DNA from: the human T2T-CHM13v2.0 reference genome, Homo sapiens
DNA: 64,000 nucleotides
Assembly: GCF_009914755.1 (NCBI RefSeq)
Contig: NC_060939.1
Strand: one strand, 5' to 3'
Shown in pieces: positions 1 through 13,074 of this stretch. The position numbers were made by a program, and so were the translations under genes. Within the stretch, counting starts at the first letter, position 1. Every line of letters begins with the position of its first letter. The notes beneath the pieces are model-generated. The model had not been told where the DNA came from and did not search any database. It saw only the letters and a program-made list of their open reading frames with translations.

Positions 1-222
1 TGGCTTGAGGTCAGGAGTTGGAGACCAGCCTGGCCAACATGATGAAACCCCATCTCTACTAAAAACATAGAAAATTAGCCAGGCATGGTGGTGCGTGCCT
101 GTAATACCAGCTACTCAGGAGGCCGAGGCAGGAGAATCGCTTGAACCAGGAGGTGGAGGTTTCAGAGAGCTGAGATCGTGCCACTGCCTGGGTGACAGAG
201 TGAGACCCTGTCTCAAAAAAAA
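1..222 (+). mobile_element. AluS element, 5' part outside window
   Basis: gaggtcaggagttggagaccagcctggccaacatg...gagaccctgtctcaaaaaaaa. Confidence 0.95.
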
Positions 223-2144
223 TGCGGATTCCAAGGTCCTACCCCTAGGGATCCTGACTCCATACGTGGGGCCAGGCCTAGGACCCTCCACTTTAAATAA
301 GACCCCAGGCCATTCCCACTGGGGAAATGCTGCATCTAGCCCCACACCAAAGACACCCGGGTAAGCAGGTCTGCCACGGACAAAAACGCCTCGCCGTGCA
401 GAAACCGGGGCTGGACGTTGTTCGGGGCTGATTGCCCATTTATGACTCTAGGTGGACTTTGTCTGCAGTCATGGCTGGAAAAGCTGGCAAGCAACAGACA
501 CCTTTGCAAAAATAGCAAATAAACAATATGTCACATTTGTGGTTTCCTCCTGGGAGGGGCAGAGTCTATATGGGCAATTGACTTAGGGCAGAATCCAATT
601 CCAACATGAACTAACTGTGTGGCACGGGCCGAAGCCCTTGACCATTCAGTATCTGCATGATGGGAATTTTGATAGCAGTATCAGAAACAGCCCCATGGGG
701 TTTTGTCAATTACACGAGGCTGTCAGGAACCGAGGCCTGGAGCCAGGACCCCATCAGGAAGTTTAGGGATCCACTGGATTTATGGCCTCCATGCTCAGGG
801 TGTCAGGTCCCAAACCTTCTCAATCACAGGAAAGCAGGACTCAGGCCAAGGGAAGGAAGCACATGTCGCAGCTGGAGACCACACATACCTTGGCAGCACC
901 CCAGGGAGAGAAAATTCCCTGCTGCACCAGGCTTCTCTGTGCACTTCCAGCCCCCATCACTTAAGGAACCCCTGTCCCACTCTGAGTCTTCTTCTGAGGC
1001 CTCTGTTTGTGTTGTCCTGCTCCTGTCCTGGCCTCCAGATCCCTCCTCTCGTAGGGTCCTAGGTCTGAAGGAAAAGCAAGATGGCGGCAGTCTGGGGGAA
1101 GAGCATGTGCTTGGGGTCCCCGTGGCCCATTTCTGGGCTTGGCCTGGTCACCTGCTGCAGTCAGTATCACTCATTCAGACCTAAGCAGTAATGCCAGGCG
1201 GGTCATGTCCTCCTTGTAAAATTGTTTGTTTGGAGAATTTGTGGTGAACTCCAAATCTCTCTCTCTCTCTCAAAATTAATACCATTAGAGTCATTTGTGC
1301 TTGACTGCAGCCCTATGGAAGGGACAGCCCCACTTCTCCCCTTGCCTCTTTGCGGTTATTTGTAGGGCAGTCACAGGAAACCAGTACAATGGCATTTCCC
1401 CCTAAACATGAGTGTGGCTCTCAGCGCAATCCAGTTCACAACAAATAGCCCATCCTTGACCTATAGGACCAGGCCTCAGGAAGGGCTCGGGGGCCTCAGA
1501 GGCAAATGACACCCAGCCCTTCAACCCTGCACAACCACAGACCTCACACCCAGTGGTAACCAATTTGGCTGAACAGCACCCTACACTGTGGGCTCCCCGT
1601 GGTGCTGGGCCCCCTCACAAGGAGGCAGGGCACACCCTCCTGATCTAGCCTGAGCCCCTGAGTCCTCTCCCAACCTCCTCCCAGCGATCTCAGCTGCTCC
1701 AGCAAGGCGTGGGGCTGGTGTCCTTCAGCTGCCTCCCTCTCCAGAGGAGGAGAGGCGGCAGATGTTGAGGCAGAGGTGGAGAAAAGCTCCTGGCACGCTT
1801 GCAGCCGGGGTCACCTTGTGCACGGGCAGAGTCAGGGAAGGGTGAGACAGTAGGTGCCCTGTGTGGAAAACCAGAATCTCGGGGCCAGGACCCAGAGAAT
1901 GCTGGAGGGCCCGGGAGGTCAGCGCCTGCCCTCTCCCCATGAGGGAGGCCCCCTCCCTCAGGCAGTCTGCCTACTTCAGAGTGGGGAGTCCAGGTTGTCA
2001 GTTCTGTATGGTTGATGGACCTGGTCTCATTTGCCTCTGAGGCCCCCAAGCCCTTCCTGAGGCCTGGTCCTGTAGGGCAGGGATTTCATATTTGTTGTGA
2101 ACTGGACTGAGCTGAGCCACGCCGACTTCTGGGGGGAAATGACA

Positions 2145-2687
2145 TTGTTTCGGTTTCCCTGGCTGCCCTACAAATAACCACAACACGTGTGAGTGCGGGA
2201 GGGGTGGGGGAATGGGGGTGGGGGAGGGGTGGGGGATGGGGTGGGGATGGGATGGCGGAGGGGTAGGTGGGGTGGGGGAGGGGAGGGGGAGGGGAGGGTG
2301 AGGTGTGGGGGGGTGAAAACAATAGCAACTTACCCTCTCACAGTTCTGGAGGCCAGGAGTCCAAAGTCAAGGTGTGGGCAGGGCTGTTCCCCCGGAGGCT
2401 CTAGGGGAGGGTCCTCCCTGTCTCTTGCAGCCTCTGGTAGGCCCAGGCACCCCTCGGCTCCAATCTCTGCCATCCTTGCACATAGTCTCCTTTCCCCCGA
2501 AGTCTCTATGTGTTCTTTTCTGTATCTTGTAAGGACTGTCTCATTGCATGTAGGGCTCACCATAATTCAGTGTGATTTTATCTTGACTCTTACCTTAATT
2601 ATCTGCAAAGACTCTTTTTCCAAATAAGGTCACATTCTGAGATTTGGGGTAGAGATAAACTTTGGGGGGACATGATTCAACCTACTA
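2145..2687 (-). mobile_element. MLT1-family MaLR solo LTR, interrupted by a G-rich tract
   Basis: ctctcacagttctggaggccaggagtccaaagtcaaggtg and atctgcaaagactctttttccaaataaggtcacattctga match the MLT1 reverse-strand consensus as recalled. Confidence 0.85.
2197..2314 (+). repeat. G-rich low-complexity tract (GGGGT/GGGGA), G-quadruplex-prone
   Basis: many consecutive G3-G6 runs with short spacers. Confidence 0.9.
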
Positions 2688-2865
2688 AGCCATTAAATCA
2701 CAAAGAGCACGCAAGAAGGACCAAAAAGGCAGCGGGAAGTGGGGAGGACCTTGATCCAAGGACTTCCACAGCTCAGGCCTCCCTTGTTCCAGCCAGCAAG
2801 GACTTTCTTTCCATGAGCACCTTTGACTTCCACTGCTAGCCAGGATGACGGGTTCCTGGCTCTCT

Positions 2866-2950
2866 TCTACAGATGAGGAAACTGAGGCTCAGAGGCCCTT
2901 GAATGCATAGCCAAGTTCACACAGTCAGCCACAGCTGGGACTGGAGCTCA
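2866..2950 (-). mobile_element. MIR fragment
   Basis: acagatgaggaaactgaggctcagag MIR core. Confidence 0.75.
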
Positions 2951-2997
2951 CTTGGTACCAAACCCTGGGGGTTTCACAGCCAGCTCGGCTGCATTGA

Positions 2998-3372
<375 letters not shown>

Positions 3373-3749
3373 TGATGCTCACGTTATTTCACTACCTTAG
3401 ATTATGAATTTTGGAATGTGGCCAGTTTCCTGGAATCACATTAAGAAGTGAGGTCCAGGAGAACAACGATTAATTTAATTATTAATAGAAATCAGCCTAG
3501 ACCTGGGAAATAAGATGAGGAGACCCAACTGTCCCCAGCCTTGTCCTTGTGCCCATGTGGGAGGCCATCCTGACTCCATTTAGATTTTTGCTTCTTCCTA
3601 CACTGACAAAGAACACTCGGGCGGCTCCAGGGAAATGTGCCCAAGGTGTGGAGGGGGCTGGGGGAGTGGAGATCATTTTTTTCTGTTCCCAACCGTGCCT
3701 TTCTGCAATGTCTGTTCATCCTTGAAGACCTAAGACTGGAGAATGTGGG

Positions 3750-3880
3750 GTTTGTTTGTTTTGGAGAGACTGGGGGGGAGGGGGGGGTCTCACCATGTTG
3801 CCCAGGTTGGCCTTGAACTCTTGGCCTCAAGCGATCCTCCTGCCTCAGTCTACCCAGTAGCTGGAACCATAGGCGTGCCA
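3750..3880 (-). mobile_element. FLAM / Alu monomer
   Basis: tctcaccatgttgcccagg...ggcctcaagcgatcctcctgcctcag. Confidence 0.85.
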
Positions 3881-4510
3881 GATTCGGCTGAAGAGTTTTG
3901 TTAGGAAGTTTTCAGCACCTTGGATCATATCCTGAAAAAGTTCATTCACTGATTCAACCAATCTCTACTGTGCACTGCCCAGAACCAGAGTGTGAGCTCC
4001 ACGGGGTAGGGAGGGCGCCAGCTTTGCTCTCAGCTGCCCCCGGGGCGCTTGGGACCTGGAACCCAGGAATGAACAGACCCCGTTCTAGATCAACAGACAT
4101 TCAAAGCAGCGCTCTAGGGGAAGGGCAGGGGAGGAATGAGCGTCCAGCCGCCACGGCTCTGCTTCTTTGCCTGTGTGTAAGTGGTGGGATTTAAAGGTGG
4201 TTGGGTGCAGAGGCCCTTCCCCCACCTGCAATCCTCCGGTGCCAATGCAAGTGCCAGGGGAGGGGTGGCGTTTCTGTTTACTTCCAGCCAGGTCAGCTCC
4301 CTTGCCCCCGCCCCTGTGTTTGCATTTTCTCGGTTTGGCGAGCTGGTGGAGTAGCCGCGGAAAGAAGGCGGATTTAAAGGCTCCATTTGGAGGAGGCTTT
4401 TGGAGAAAGCTTGCACCTCCCATCACACCCCCAGGGCAAGTCAGCCGCCTCAAAAGTGCCGGTGCCGGCCCTCTGTGAGCTGAACACCTTCGCACAAACC
4501 CCCGGGAGCG

Positions 4511-4632
4511 GTTACTATTACCCTCATTTTCCCGGGGAGGCGCCTGGGGCTCAGAGAGGCCAAGTGACTCACCCAAGGTCACACAGCTTAGCAGTGGCCG
4601 ACCCGGGATTGGAACCCGGGGCTCCGGACCCC
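4511..4632 (-). mobile_element. MIR at the edge of the CpG island
   Basis: gctcagagaggccaagtgactcacccaaggtcacacagc...ggattggaaccc. Confidence 0.75.
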
Positions 4633-4804
4633 GCGGCGGCCGTTTCTCGAAGATACCCACTACCTCCCTCTTACACCGCTCAGGAATAAAGCAGGAAGGC
4701 CGAAGGCCCCGTTTTCGCCCAAAAACAATGCTCCACGTAAATTTGCGGGAACAAAAGCCACCAGAAATCCAGCCCGGGTTTTCCGCCTCTCTGCTCTCCG
4801 CGGA

Positions 4805-5018
4805 CCAATCGCGTCCTGACGGCCGCCGAGAGACTAGAGGCGGTGGCTCCAATATGATCCATAGCCCCCCAGGGCGGCGTGGCCGCGGCATGGGCGAATG
4901 GGATTGGGGACCCGGCACAATCACGGGCGGAGAACGGGCCGCCTGAGCCAATCAGCTAGGGAGGGGGGAGGGTGGGCCCGGCCGGCCCGGGCTGTCCGGA
5001 GAGGCGGCCACCCCGCCC
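4805..5018 (+). promoter_or_regulatory. Core promoter with 4 CCAAT boxes and GC boxes, no TATA seen
   Basis: CCAAT at 4805, 4849 and 4948, ATTGG at 4903, GGGCGG at 4925, CCCCGCCC at 5011. Confidence 0.75.
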
Positions 5019-5446
5019 ACTTCTGCTGGTCCCGGCCGCCCGTCAGCCGCGAGCGCGACGATCCCTCTGCTCCTCGGCCGGTGCCTGCTCTGCCGTCGTC
5101 GCCGTCGCCGCCGCCGCCCGTCCGCCGCCCCTCCGCCGCGCGGGAGCAGCAAGGCCGGCAAGTCCCGGCAGGATCCCTCCGCGACTGCCGCCTTGCGTCC
5201 CTCCCCCTCCAGCGCCCGTTCCGCGGCCGCGGCCCCCATCGCTCCCTAGGCTGCGACGCCGCGCCCGCGGCCCTGGGTAACGGCCGGCCTGGGGCCCGCA
5301 GTGACAGACCCTGCGGCGCGGGGGGAGATGGGGGCGGCCGCCTTCCGGGCGACGACGACGACAACGACGAGGAGCAGCCGCCGCCGCTGCCGCTCACCGG
5401 CCGCTGCTGGGCACGGGCATGGGCTCGGGAAGGCGCCTCCCCGTGA

Positions 5447-6244
<798 letters not shown>

Positions 6245-6269
6245 GTGCGTGCCCGCCCCGAGTTCTGCT

Positions 6270-6640
6270 CTGTACCCCAACCCTGCATCCCCAACTCTGT
6301 ATGCGAAGCCTCCAGCCTGCACCGCGAGCCCCCACCCAGGCCTCCAAGCCTGCGCCGCGACCCCCCCACCCACGCCTCCAGCCTGCACCACGAGCCCCCA
6401 GCCCGTGTCCCAAGCCCCATCCTAAGCCTCTGTGTCGCACCCCAAATGTGTGCCCCACCTCTCCAAGCCTCCACCGTACATCCGAAGTCCCCACCCCGTG
6501 TCCCAAGCCCCCATCCTAAGCCCGCACTCCTCACCCTAAGTCTGCACTTCAAGCCCCAAGACCGCACCGCGGCCCTGAGCCCACACCCTCAGTCTCCTCT
6601 GCGTGCCCCAAAGCCTCCAGATCTCCGCCTCGCGCCCCTT
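6270..6640 (+). repeat. C-rich degenerate minisatellite at the start of intron 1
   Basis: recurring gcctccagcctgcacc.cgagccccc and cccgtgtcccaagcccc(c)atcctaagcc units. Confidence 0.7.
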
Positions 6641-7024
6641 GGGCAGGAGCGGCTGCAGGGGCCCTGGGTCCGAGGATCCGCGGGAGCGGTGCGGGAGACG
6701 TCCGCGGTCAGAGCTCACAGTCCCAAGTGCCCTCCTTTCACTTAGCCGGCTGCAAACGCGATAAGGCCTTTGTCCCCTTAATGGGACCCTTGGGTGACAG
6801 ATAACACACATTGCGGCGCCTTGGTTTCCCCAAATCTGGTATTTATTACTAGAAAAGGAAGGAGCCGTGGCCATGCCAGAAGCCGCGGGTGAGGTGAACA
6901 TTGCAAGGCACCGGGCTTCGCCTTCTGAGCTGCTCACTCCATACAGGTGGAGGCCCTGCTTGGGGCCTGTGTTGCTGGGGGCCTGCGCGCGGGACGTGGC
7001 TGTCCGTGTGAGCTCATTTATGGA

Positions 7025-7126
7025 CACGTGCATGCTGTATGATGTACGCGTGTGTCGCATGTGGGCATGTATGTGTGCACACGTGTGTATTTATGAATGT
7101 GCACATGCCTGTGAGCGTTGTGTGTG
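7025..7126 (+). repeat. Degenerate (TG)n/(CA)n simple repeat
   Basis: gtgcatg...atgtgtgcacacgtgtgt...tgtgtg. Confidence 0.7.
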
Positions 7127-8239
7127 ATCGTTTTTAAGAGCCGGGCTACCTGTAACAGACAGAAAAAGACTCCTAGAGCCTTAAATGCCCATGAAACCTA
7201 TTTATTGGCGACCCTTAGAAACAAAACCCAGGCTGACGTTTGAGTAGGAGGGCACTGGTGCCTTAAAGAATGTTAGGTTAGGTTAAAGATCTCCCGTCTC
7301 CAAATTGAACCGGAAGGGCATCCTGGCCATCCACTTAGCGATGTGAACTTTTGTCTAAGTGTTTCAGAACTGAAAACGCAAAGTGTTTGGGGCTCCAGCT
7401 ATTTTGAACAGGCCCCTGCAATCCAGTGCCAAAATTTTGCTACCGGAAGAGATTACTTTGACCTGGTGTGATGTGTATTTAGATTACAAACTGATTATTT
7501 TTTTGGAAGGGAATAGGTTGCAGTCGGGACCAGTCTTGCTGAGTGCCTCTTTGCAGTGTCTTTAAGCTCTTTGAAGTTAAAACTTTGATAAGACTTTGCT
7601 TTTATGAGTGGCTGAGAACACCGTCTGGTTTGCTAGGTTTTTTGTGTGTGTTTTTAAAGCTGTCTTTCAATCCTAGGTTGTGGCTTTTCTTTTTTAATGT
7701 CTTCCTCTAAGAAGTGGTTGTGGTACATACATTGGTTTTTTTGTGTGTGACATTTATCTCCAAGACTATAGTTTTCTTTTTAAGTTCAGCTCCCACCCTA
7801 CATTTCAGGCTGTGTGCTGCGCAGAGGGTCCTAGGAAATGTAGTTGTTTCTAGTAATCCATGTAAGCCTTGACATGCCAGCAAATTGTCGCCTATTCATG
7901 GAATCTCAGTCATTTATGGTCAGTTTCATGTGCTGTTTGTTACTCCTTTGTGTAGATTCCACCCACTAATAATTTCTATGGCTGTTGCTACAGTAAAGTC
8001 ATCTCTTTAAGGGGATTCTTAATGTGTGAGCACGGGTGCATCACTTTATGCAGACAGTGGTGATTATTATTTTGGTTGGGCAGTGAGCTAAACCTGGAAC
8101 AAAAATGTCTTTTATAGGAGAGCCTTTCTGTCAAGCAGAAATCCCTTTGACGAGATGAAGGAGCTAATCTATTCGTCTCAGCTCACCCCTGCACCGCCCC
8201 CCCTCCCCCCCGGCCCCAAGGCCATGGGCATTGAATTTA

Positions 8240-8390
8240 CCAGCCGTGCAACCTTGGCCAGGATCCTTCTACCTCTCAGTGTTGTCCCTATTGCAGTGGA
8301 GGGGATGTAACCTACCTCACAGGCTTGTGTTGAGGATTACATAGGTAACATACGTGAGCTTCCAGCAGAGGTGCAGTAAATGCTGCTTTC
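8240..8390 (+). mobile_element. MIR
   Basis: accttggcca...acctacctcacaggcttgtgttgaggatta. Confidence 0.7.
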
Positions 8391-8994
8391 TCCCTTATGG
8401 CCTCTCCGGCTTTTAACATTTATTTTTATAGAGGTATGCTAACTTAAAGCAAGACATGTTTTATAGATTGAATTATTTACATCTTGGCTATGAGCTTTTA
8501 TGTGTTCTAAATTGGTTTTTGAATAGTTACTTGGAGCTGACAATTTTTTTGTTTCATCTTTGGAAAACTGGAAGATTCTGTGACCCTTAATGAGAGGATT
8601 ATTATAAGGAGTAACCTTGGGCTGTCATTTCCGTATTTCAAAACAACCGTGGATTCTAGTTTTCCCTACATCCCTAGTGTCACTGCTAAGCTAATTTCGG
8701 CCCCATTCATTTAACTTTCGTTTCTGTGCTGCTTCAAAGCTAAGGCTGACGTTGATGAACCCTTTATTGCTTGGAGCAGGCAACTCAGATGAAATCTAGC
8801 ATTTAAGTATTTTGCTTTCTTAGTTTCTAAATATTCCTGAAAAAGCAGCCCCATTAAAGCTGTCTGCATTCTTTTGTAAGCCTGTTGTATTTTGTTTTGA
8901 ACTCTTTGAGCTTAGAGATTTTGTGTTTTTCTTTTAGAGATACAAATGTTAATTGCTTTTTAAATTCTTTATCCAATTTGAATTTTTATTTCTT

Positions 8995-9284
8995 GGCCTG
9001 GCAAGGTGGCTTACGCCTGTAGTCCCAGAAGTTTGGGAGGCCAAGATGGGCAGATCGCTTGAGCCCAGGAGTTCAACACCAGCCTGGGCAACACAGCAAA
9101 ACCCTGTCTCTACAAAAAATACAAAAATTAGCCAGGAGTGGTGGCACACATTTGTAGTCCCTGCTACTGGGGAGGCTGAGGTGGGATGATTACCTGATCC
9201 CAGGAGGTAGAAGCTGTAGGTGAGGTATGATCATGCCACTGCACTCCAGCCTGGGTAACAGAATGAGACCCTGTCTCAAAAAAA
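8995..9284 (+). mobile_element. AluJ
   Basis: full dimer with cgcttgagcccaggagttc, short A tail. Confidence 0.93.
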
Positions 9285-9709
9285 TTTTTTTAAATTTATT
9301 TTAACTGTATTTTCCGAAATAGTCATTATTTGCAATTCCTTATCCAAACCCTGTGTTTTTATTTAAAAATTCTTATTATTCTGAGGACTTCTAGAGGTGT
9401 AAAAGTAGGGGGAGTATAAAGTAGACATACCTGTGTTTTACTTCCAGAAAGAAAAATACTTCCAGTAGCCACACTGATGATAGGCTGAATTAGTTGTACT
9501 CTGCCTAGTGGCCGGTAATGCTGCTGCTTGCTGCTCCTGCAGTCGCCTGTTCCAGGGTGCCAACTGTGGGGGATAGTTGGCTTAGACTTTCCAATGCCTA
9601 TTTTACGTAAATAAAAGACCATAGTTTTGGAAATAGTTAAATCCTTTGCAGTTTTTTCTTTTTGTCAGTGATAATAAATATGCTATGGTATGTGCACATG
9701 CTTATTCTT

Positions 9710-10140
9710 ATTTTAAAAATAACAGCTTTATTGAAAGAGAATTCATATACTATATATACTTCACCCTTTTAAAGTGAAGTCAGTGGTTTTTAGTATAGTC
9801 ACATAGCTGTGCAAGCACGACCACTGCCACTGAATGTTTCCATCACCCGAAAAAGAAACCCAGTGCCTATTAGCAGTCGCTCCCCATTCCCCCTCCCCCC
9901 AACCGTTGACCACCCCTTTTTGTCTCTATGGGTGTCTTTTTTGGACGTAGCATGTAAGGGGACCACACACCGTGTGGCCCTTTGTGACTGGCTTCCTTCA
10001 CTCTGGTGATGTCAGGGCCCCTCCATGCTGTGGGTGTGTCAGCACTTCCTCCTCTTTCGCAACCGAGTGGCGTTCCCGTGTGAAGAGGCCAAGCTGTGCT
10101 CACGCGTTCTTCAGCGGGTGGACCTTGGGGTTGCTTCACA
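9710..10140 (-). mobile_element. Old L1M (L1MB-like) 3' end fragment
   Basis: aacagctttattga...tttccatcacccgaaaaagaaacccagtgcctattagcagtcgctcccc...ctttgtgactggcttccttcact. Confidence 0.8.
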
Positions 10141-11234
10141 TGCTTGCTTGTAGACTTTTGTCTTCATGGTTAATAGGCTCTTTATCTTCATCCCCGTGCA
10201 CTGTGCCTGACACTTAGAGCATCCTCTGTGGACCGCTGGCGTACGTGTCGGTGCAGGGCTGTCCTGAGGGCTCCTGTTCCACCTGGTAGATTGCTAGGTG
10301 CGGTGTGCAGAGCTGTGTAGGTGTGGCCTCAGCCAGCCTGGGGAGCTGCAGGTGGAGGTGGCAGGGAACTCTGTGCTGTCAGTACAGAGCCTCTGGGCTG
10401 GTGCATTTGGTCAGCGACAGGTATGGGGGAGCAGGGCCTGGTGGGCAGGGGCCTGAGCTTCAGCTGTGAGGGCCCTGCTGTTTGTGTTTCAGCAACCTCA
10501 GGGTATGGATAATGAACTGCTTCATGGGGCTGATTTTTTTAAGGGGGTACTAAAAAAATGATGTTTTTAAAGTTTTTGGTGCAGGGGTGTGGTGGGGGTG
10601 GTGGTCTTCCTTTAGGGATATGTTCTGTGGAACAGTTCTGGAACTCTCTGTGGCTTGCATTGTGAGTACCTGAGGGTAAGCACTGTAGAAACTTCAGATA
10701 GACACAAATGCTGTGAATAAACCTGCTGAAAATGTCTGTCTAAAGATCAGCAACAGCTTTTGCTTTGTTGCTTTTTGTAAGCTGTTGAAAATCATTGCAG
10801 TTCAGAGGTGAAACATGGGATAGTTCATCGTCTGGTTATCAGGCAAAGTGGTTTCTCCCTTAGCCCTAAACTCTGGGCCTATTGCAGCCAAGAGTCATCT
10901 AGCATTCCATAAGAACGGACTCTCTCTGGAGCAGCTGTTGTCACTGATGGTTAAAGGAATAGCTGTGACCTAAAAGCACTGTTTTGTCTCCATCTTTAAC
11001 ACTCGTTCTCCTGGGCAGCTGGGAACCGCCTGGTCTATGAACTTGTCTGTGAACTAAGTCTTCTGGCTGTCTTTGTATACGTTGCTTTTTTTTTTATTGC
11101 ATTACAGGAGATACAGGAAATAATATTCTAACTCATAGTGGATCTTTATTTTTATTTTTATTTTTTGGCCAGCTGTTACAGGTCTAAAACACTGTGCTGT
11201 TTCATAGTACAGTACAGTACATGATACGGGAATT

Positions 11235-11563
11235 GAGTCATGTGCTGCTTAAGGACACAGATACGTTCTGAGAAAAGCGTCCTCAGCTGATCTTGTTGTG
11301 TCAGCACCACAGAGTGTACTTGCACAAACATGGGTGGCAGAACCCGCTACACCCCTGGGCCACATTGTAGAGCCTGTTGCTCCTCGGCTATAAACCTGTG
11401 CAGTGTGTTACTGTACTGAATACTGTAGGCAGTTGTAACCCAGTGGTATTTGTGTATCTGAACACAGAATAGGTACAGTAAAAATGCATTATTAGAATCT
11501 TAGAGGATCCCTGGTCCGTGTGGTCTGTCAGTGGTGGAAGCATCCTTATGCAGTGCGTGACCG
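11235..11563 (+). mobile_element. Tigger3a/MER7-type DNA transposon (MITE)
   Basis: agtcatgtgctgcttaa...gatacgttctgagaaa...gttactgtactgaatactgtaggca...ggtacagtaaaaat...ttatgcagtgcgtgaccg, degenerate TIRs. Confidence 0.88.
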
Positions 11564-12206
11564 TGCTGGGATGCAGTTCTGATTGCTTTCTTGGTGGTAG
11601 TATTTTTGTTGATGCCATGATGGAGCTGCAGTAGCACTGCCATCTACTGTGTAATGGCTTGGATTATGTGGTACTTTAATTACTGTCCTTTGCCCTCACA
11701 TTAAATGAAGGCCATTTACTTTGATATGAGCTAGTTCACACTTGCCTCATTTAGTTGAACACACATTTGAGTTTTGCTGTTTTCTACTGTGTTCTGGAGC
11801 ACAGTTGTAGAAACTGGAAATTCTGTGTCATATTTGGGTATGATGAGTAATATGATGGTATCATTTGTTCAAGTGCGAAGATAATTGGAGATAAGCATCT
11901 GCGTTAGTCTTGTCACTGCAGGTGAAGCTTACCGTTTACTTAGGCTTTAGTTTACCCATTTTCTCTTTAGTCCTGTAAACTTCATCTACCTTTTGGTTTA
12001 ACATGCTTTTCCAACAAATCTACATGAGTCTTAAAACTTCAGAGTCCAACTAGTAGAATAGAATAGTAAGAGGTACTTGCACTGGGGCATCTTTTTTTGT
12101 TGAATTGATGACGAAGAAATTTTTGTTATGCTAGGAAAAATTTCTACTTTAGTGTTCTCCCCCGCCCCCCACCTTAGAGGGATTAGATTTTAGAAAAAGA
12201 TCCTTC

Positions 12207-12232
12207 TTTTTTTTTTTTTTTTTTTTTTTTTT
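12207..12232 (+). repeat. Poly(T)26
   Basis: uninterrupted T run. Confidence 0.95.
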
Positions 12233-12994
12233 GAAAAACTGCCAGTTGGAACAGTAGTTATCTTGTTAGTTTAAGTAAGAAGTGTAGCTGCAAGTTACTT
12301 AATTAGGGTACATTATTGAAGGGCTTTTGGTTTTGGACTTCAGTCTTAACATACTCAGTTTAGAAATTAGTTTTAGCAAGGTAATTTTTTTCTCCAGTCT
12401 CTGTAGATATTTTTATTGTAGAGAGACCTGACACATTGTAGAAACATTTCCTGTCAAAGGTAAAAAGAGATCATCCAGAATGAACAAAATACGTTAATTC
12501 TTAGCAGTTTCTGTTTTGTTCTGGGTTAAAAGACCTGAAGCTACTTAAAGTGAGAAGACAGAAGCAAGACAGAATTGCTCTTCTAGCAGCCGTGTGTCAT
12601 GTCTGATCAGAGCATGATTAAGCAGGACAGGATTTCACATGTCGGCCACAAAGCCCTGGACCTGGCCGCTCACCCTGAGAGGGGCACTGTGGACCCCACC
12701 CGCCATTCACTACCCAGCTTGCCAGTGGGGTGGGTGCTTTGCAGGCTCACAGAAAAATCACTCGCCCTTGAAATGTCTTATCTGGGCCTGGACACCTCCT
12801 TAGTTTCTCTTGTGTTTCCTTTCTGTGTAAGGCTGGTCCCTCACCGCTGGTTTGATCACAGCCCTCTGTTTCCTCAGGGTCACTGGTAGGTCAGCGTTTG
12901 AACTTTGTGATTTCTGTCTCCCTCCTTCAGTCCAGTCTTTGACCTCTAGCCTCACCTGACCCATAAACCATAATGGTTCTCTGATTTGTATTTT

Positions 12995-13074
12995 CAACAA
13001 AACCCCGCCTTTAACACCACTCACCTCTACCAGCCAACAAAACCCCGGCTTTAACACCACTCATCTCTACCAGC
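12995..13074 (+). repeat. 40-bp tandem duplication, 2 copies
   Basis: caacaaaaccccg(c/g)ctttaacaccactca(c/t)ctctaccagc twice, 2 mismatches. Confidence 0.95.

Noticed and set aside
4085-5446. Overlapping long ORFs on both strands in the CpG island
   Set aside because: Expected from stop-codon scarcity at very high GC; no recognisable homology
12207-12232. Poly(T) as the tail of a processed pseudogene
   Set aside because: No convincing TSD, poly(A) signal or recognisable retrocopy body next to it
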